In this document: positions 61,972-64,000 of the stretch, piece by piece
How the letters are laid out: every line of letters starts with the position of its first letter
How positions within the stretch are numbered: the first letter of the stretch is position 1
Source of the DNA: a virus
Taxonomy: Duplodnaviria; Caudoviricetes
Length of the DNA: 64,000 nucleotides
Direction: 5' to 3' (one strand)
Virus record (IMG/VR): IMGVR_UViG_3300018494_000083
The notes under the pieces: generated by a model
What the model saw: the letters and a program-made list of their open reading frames with translations, nothing else
Told to the model about the DNA's origin: nothing
Databases searched by the model: none
Position numbers and translations under genes: made by a program

Positions 61972-62904
61972 TTATACGGCAACAGGGAATTTTTCAGAGG
62001 GATCTGCCTCATATCCTTCAACTACGAAATCGCTGGGATCGTAGTCATAGAAGTTGACCGACTCATTTGTGAAGAGAACTGCACTGGGATATGCATGACC
62101 TTCTCTTGTGATAAGATCCTTAATGATATCTACATGACGATCATAGATATGGCAGTCAGAGATTACATGAGTGAGCTTACCAATCTCGAGACCAGTTGCC
62201 TTAGCAACCATTACAAGAAGTGCAGCATACTGGCAGACATTCCAGTAGTTAGCAGCAAGAACATCCTGAGATCTCTGGTTGAGGATAAGATTGAGCTTAC
62301 CATTGAATACATTCCAGGTGGTGGAATATGCACAAGGATAGAGACCCATCTCATGGAGCTCCTCAAGGTTGTATGTATTGGTCATGATTCTGCGAGACGT
62401 GGGTTCATGACGAAGATCCCAGATAACTGCATCGATCTGGTCCAGAAGCACATATACCTTGTCAGACTGATTGGAATCAATCTCTTCATAGCTGGGATAA
62501 TCCTTCTTGAGAAGAGTCTGGATATCGGGTTCATTGTGCTTATTGATCCAGTGGTGAACATACTTCTTACCGATCTGGTATCCATATGCCTTACCAATAG
62601 ATCCGGTCTCATCTGCCCAACTGTCCCAAATATTGAGACCAAGATCTCCGACATTGTTGGACTTCTGCTGGAAGATCCAAAGGAGCTCACGGATAGGACC
62701 TTTGATACCCTGCTTACGGATAGTCATAATCGGGAATTCCTTACCAACGTCGTATTCGTTAACGACGTTTGTGATATGGATAGTATTTGCCTGGGTACCG
62801 TCGTCCCACTTAGCTCGACAGGGAACTACCTCACCCTCGTCGAGAATCTTCTTACACATGTCGATAAACTTTCTGTCAAAATCAGTCATTGTTGTTTCCT
62901 CCAC
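61972..62904 (-). CDS. thyA: Thymidylate synthase
   Basis: ELLW, IWDSW, SRR, LYPC, QRSQD, N..QY, HIYDRH. Confidence 0.95.
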   Translation of the reverse strand: MEETTMTDFDRKFIDMCKKILDEGEVVPCRAKWDDGTQANTIHITNVVNEYDVGKEFPIMTIRKQGIKGPIRELLWIFQQKSNNVGDLGLNIWDSWADETGSIGKAYGYQIGKKYVHHWINKHNEPDIQTLLKKDYPSYEEIDSNQSDKVYVLLDQIDAVIWDLRHEPTSRRIMTNTYNLEELHEMGLYPCAYSTTWNVFNGKLNLILNQRSQDVLAANYWNVCQYAALLVMVAKATGLEIGKLTHVISDCHIYDRHVDIIKDLITREGHAYPSAVLFTNESVNFYDYDPSDFVVEGYEADPSEKFPVAV

Positions 62905-63652
62905 TTACATTTATATTATTTCTCCAAAGATCATGGCATGCAATAATATCACTCATAAGACGATCATTGATATCCTGAATAGGAAAGATATCATTCATGC
63001 ATACCGTTTCCTGAGTTTTTGGATCTGCTTCAAACCCAATGGTGGCACACTTGACATGTGTCCAGCCACAGAGTTTGCAAATCTCCGCAGATCTCTTATA
63101 TACAGCTTCCATGTAGTTTTCATCTGCTTCATGGATATCCTGTTGAGTTCCGCCAGTTGCTTTATTGGCTCTGTTAGCTGACAGAATCTTTGCTGCCCAT
63201 CTCGGCATATCGAGATAGTACACATTATTCGGAACAGGAAGACCGAGCTTTTTATACTCAAGATCGTTCTCCCACATTACGAATCTCAAAAGCTCTTGTT
63301 CATCATCGATCTTACATCCCTGATGAAGAAGATTGGAAGTTACATAACGATCCATGATAACGATATCAAGATCTTCATTCTCCACAATAGACTTCCAGCT
63401 ATTGAGGTAAGATACCATTCTGTCCTGGATAAAGAACATGGATGCCACGTAGGGATTAACCTGCATGGCATCATGTCCATAATCACCAGCCAGATATTTC
63501 TTAACGAATACAGATGATTCGTTTTCGTATTGAGGGAAACTGATAGTCTGGACTTTATAACCTAACTCAGTAAGACGCTCTGCAAGCATCTTGGTATGAG
63601 TCTGCTTTCCACTACTGTCACTACCCTCAATACAGATAATATAAGGCTTCAT
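62882..63652 (-). CDS. tmk: Thymidylate kinase
   Basis: IEGSDSSGKQT, FPQY, MDRYVTSN, DIHE. Confidence 0.9.
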   Translation of the reverse strand: MKPYIICIEGSDSSGKQTHTKMLAERLTELGYKVQTISFPQYENESSVFVKKYLAGDYGHDAMQVNPYVASMFFIQDRMVSYLNSWKSIVENEDLDIVIMDRYVTSNLLHQGCKIDDEQELLRFVMWENDLEYKKLGLPVPNNVYYLDMPRWAAKILSANRANKATGGTQQDIHEADENYMEAVYKRSAEICKLCGWTHVKCATIGFEADPKTQETVCMNDIFPIQDINDRLMSDIIACHDLWRNNINVSGGNNND

Positions 63653-63667
63653 GTGTTGTGATCCTCC

Positions 63668-64000
63668 TTAAAGCTTAACTGCGGTAAGCATATGCTTCAG
63701 ACGATCAATGCAGACATCTGCAGTAGAACCATCCCACTCAGGTGCTCTTTCAAGTTCCTGAACGTCGAAGAGATTCCAGTACTGAGCGATGGGATAGTGA
63801 TAAGTTGCCGGTCCTTCGGGAGTATTGATACCTACAATGAAGTAGTTATCAAACATAGTTCCATCGGAATGGAGCTTAGACTTCCAGCACTTATCCTTAT
63901 GTGCCTGACAAACGAGAGCCGTCAGGATAGCTCTGTGATGATAGAGTTCGTCGAAGGTATGGTCACCATCGGAGATGCTTCCCTTATCCTTTACGAATTC
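63668..64000 (-). CDS. Conserved Firmicute-phage protein (APEWDG motif), start beyond window
   Basis: Frame open to window edge: HTFDELYHHRAIL...WKSKLHSDGTMFDNYFIVGINTPEG...APEWDG. Confidence 0.65.
   Translation of the reverse strand, partial: EFVKDKGSISDGDHTFDELYHHRAILTALVCQAHKDKCWKSKLHSDGTMFDNYFIVGINTPEGPATYHYPIAQYWNLFDVQELERAPEWDGSTADVCIDRLKHMLTAVKL

Noticed and set aside
1-64000. tRNA or rRNA genes
   Set aside because: None recognised by eye; tRNAscan-SE was not run

Overview
64 kb of an AT-rich jumbo phage genome, read in the standard code. It resembles the AR9/PBS1-phiKZ type: a split multisubunit RNA polymerase beta' C-terminal half, a split family-B DNA polymerase, a GroEL-like chaperonin and AACA-N6-TA late promoters. 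The host is probably an anaerobic gut/rumen Firmicute (inference). The left third encodes tail/adhesion proteins: an S74-chaperone tail fibre, a 3690-aa CotH-like/BspA-LRR protein and a 1720-aa BspA-LRR protein ending in a DUF6273/C-type-lectin-like domain. The middle holds nrdD (two ORF-less group I introns plus a LAGLIDADG intein), nrdG and an intron-split DNA polymerase. The right part holds putative head proteins, an amidase, small early genes and folD/folA/thyA/tmk. Main finding: the apparently non-coding 2.2 kb at 42773-44984 is a terminator-bracketed tandem array of 20 cassettes of 96-123 bp. Each starts ACT-CCN (Thr-Pro), stays open for 32-41 codons and mostly ends at x-Gly-(Val/Ile/Ser/Thr/Ala). 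These are the boundaries of the variable segment (WWLR|TP...HGV|CFG, 20840-20962) at the tip of the 1720-aa putative receptor-binding protein. Two or three more orphan cassettes sit in other intergenic gaps. This looks like a silent cassette library for swapping the receptor-binding loop, with no reverse transcriptase or recombinase recognisable in the window.
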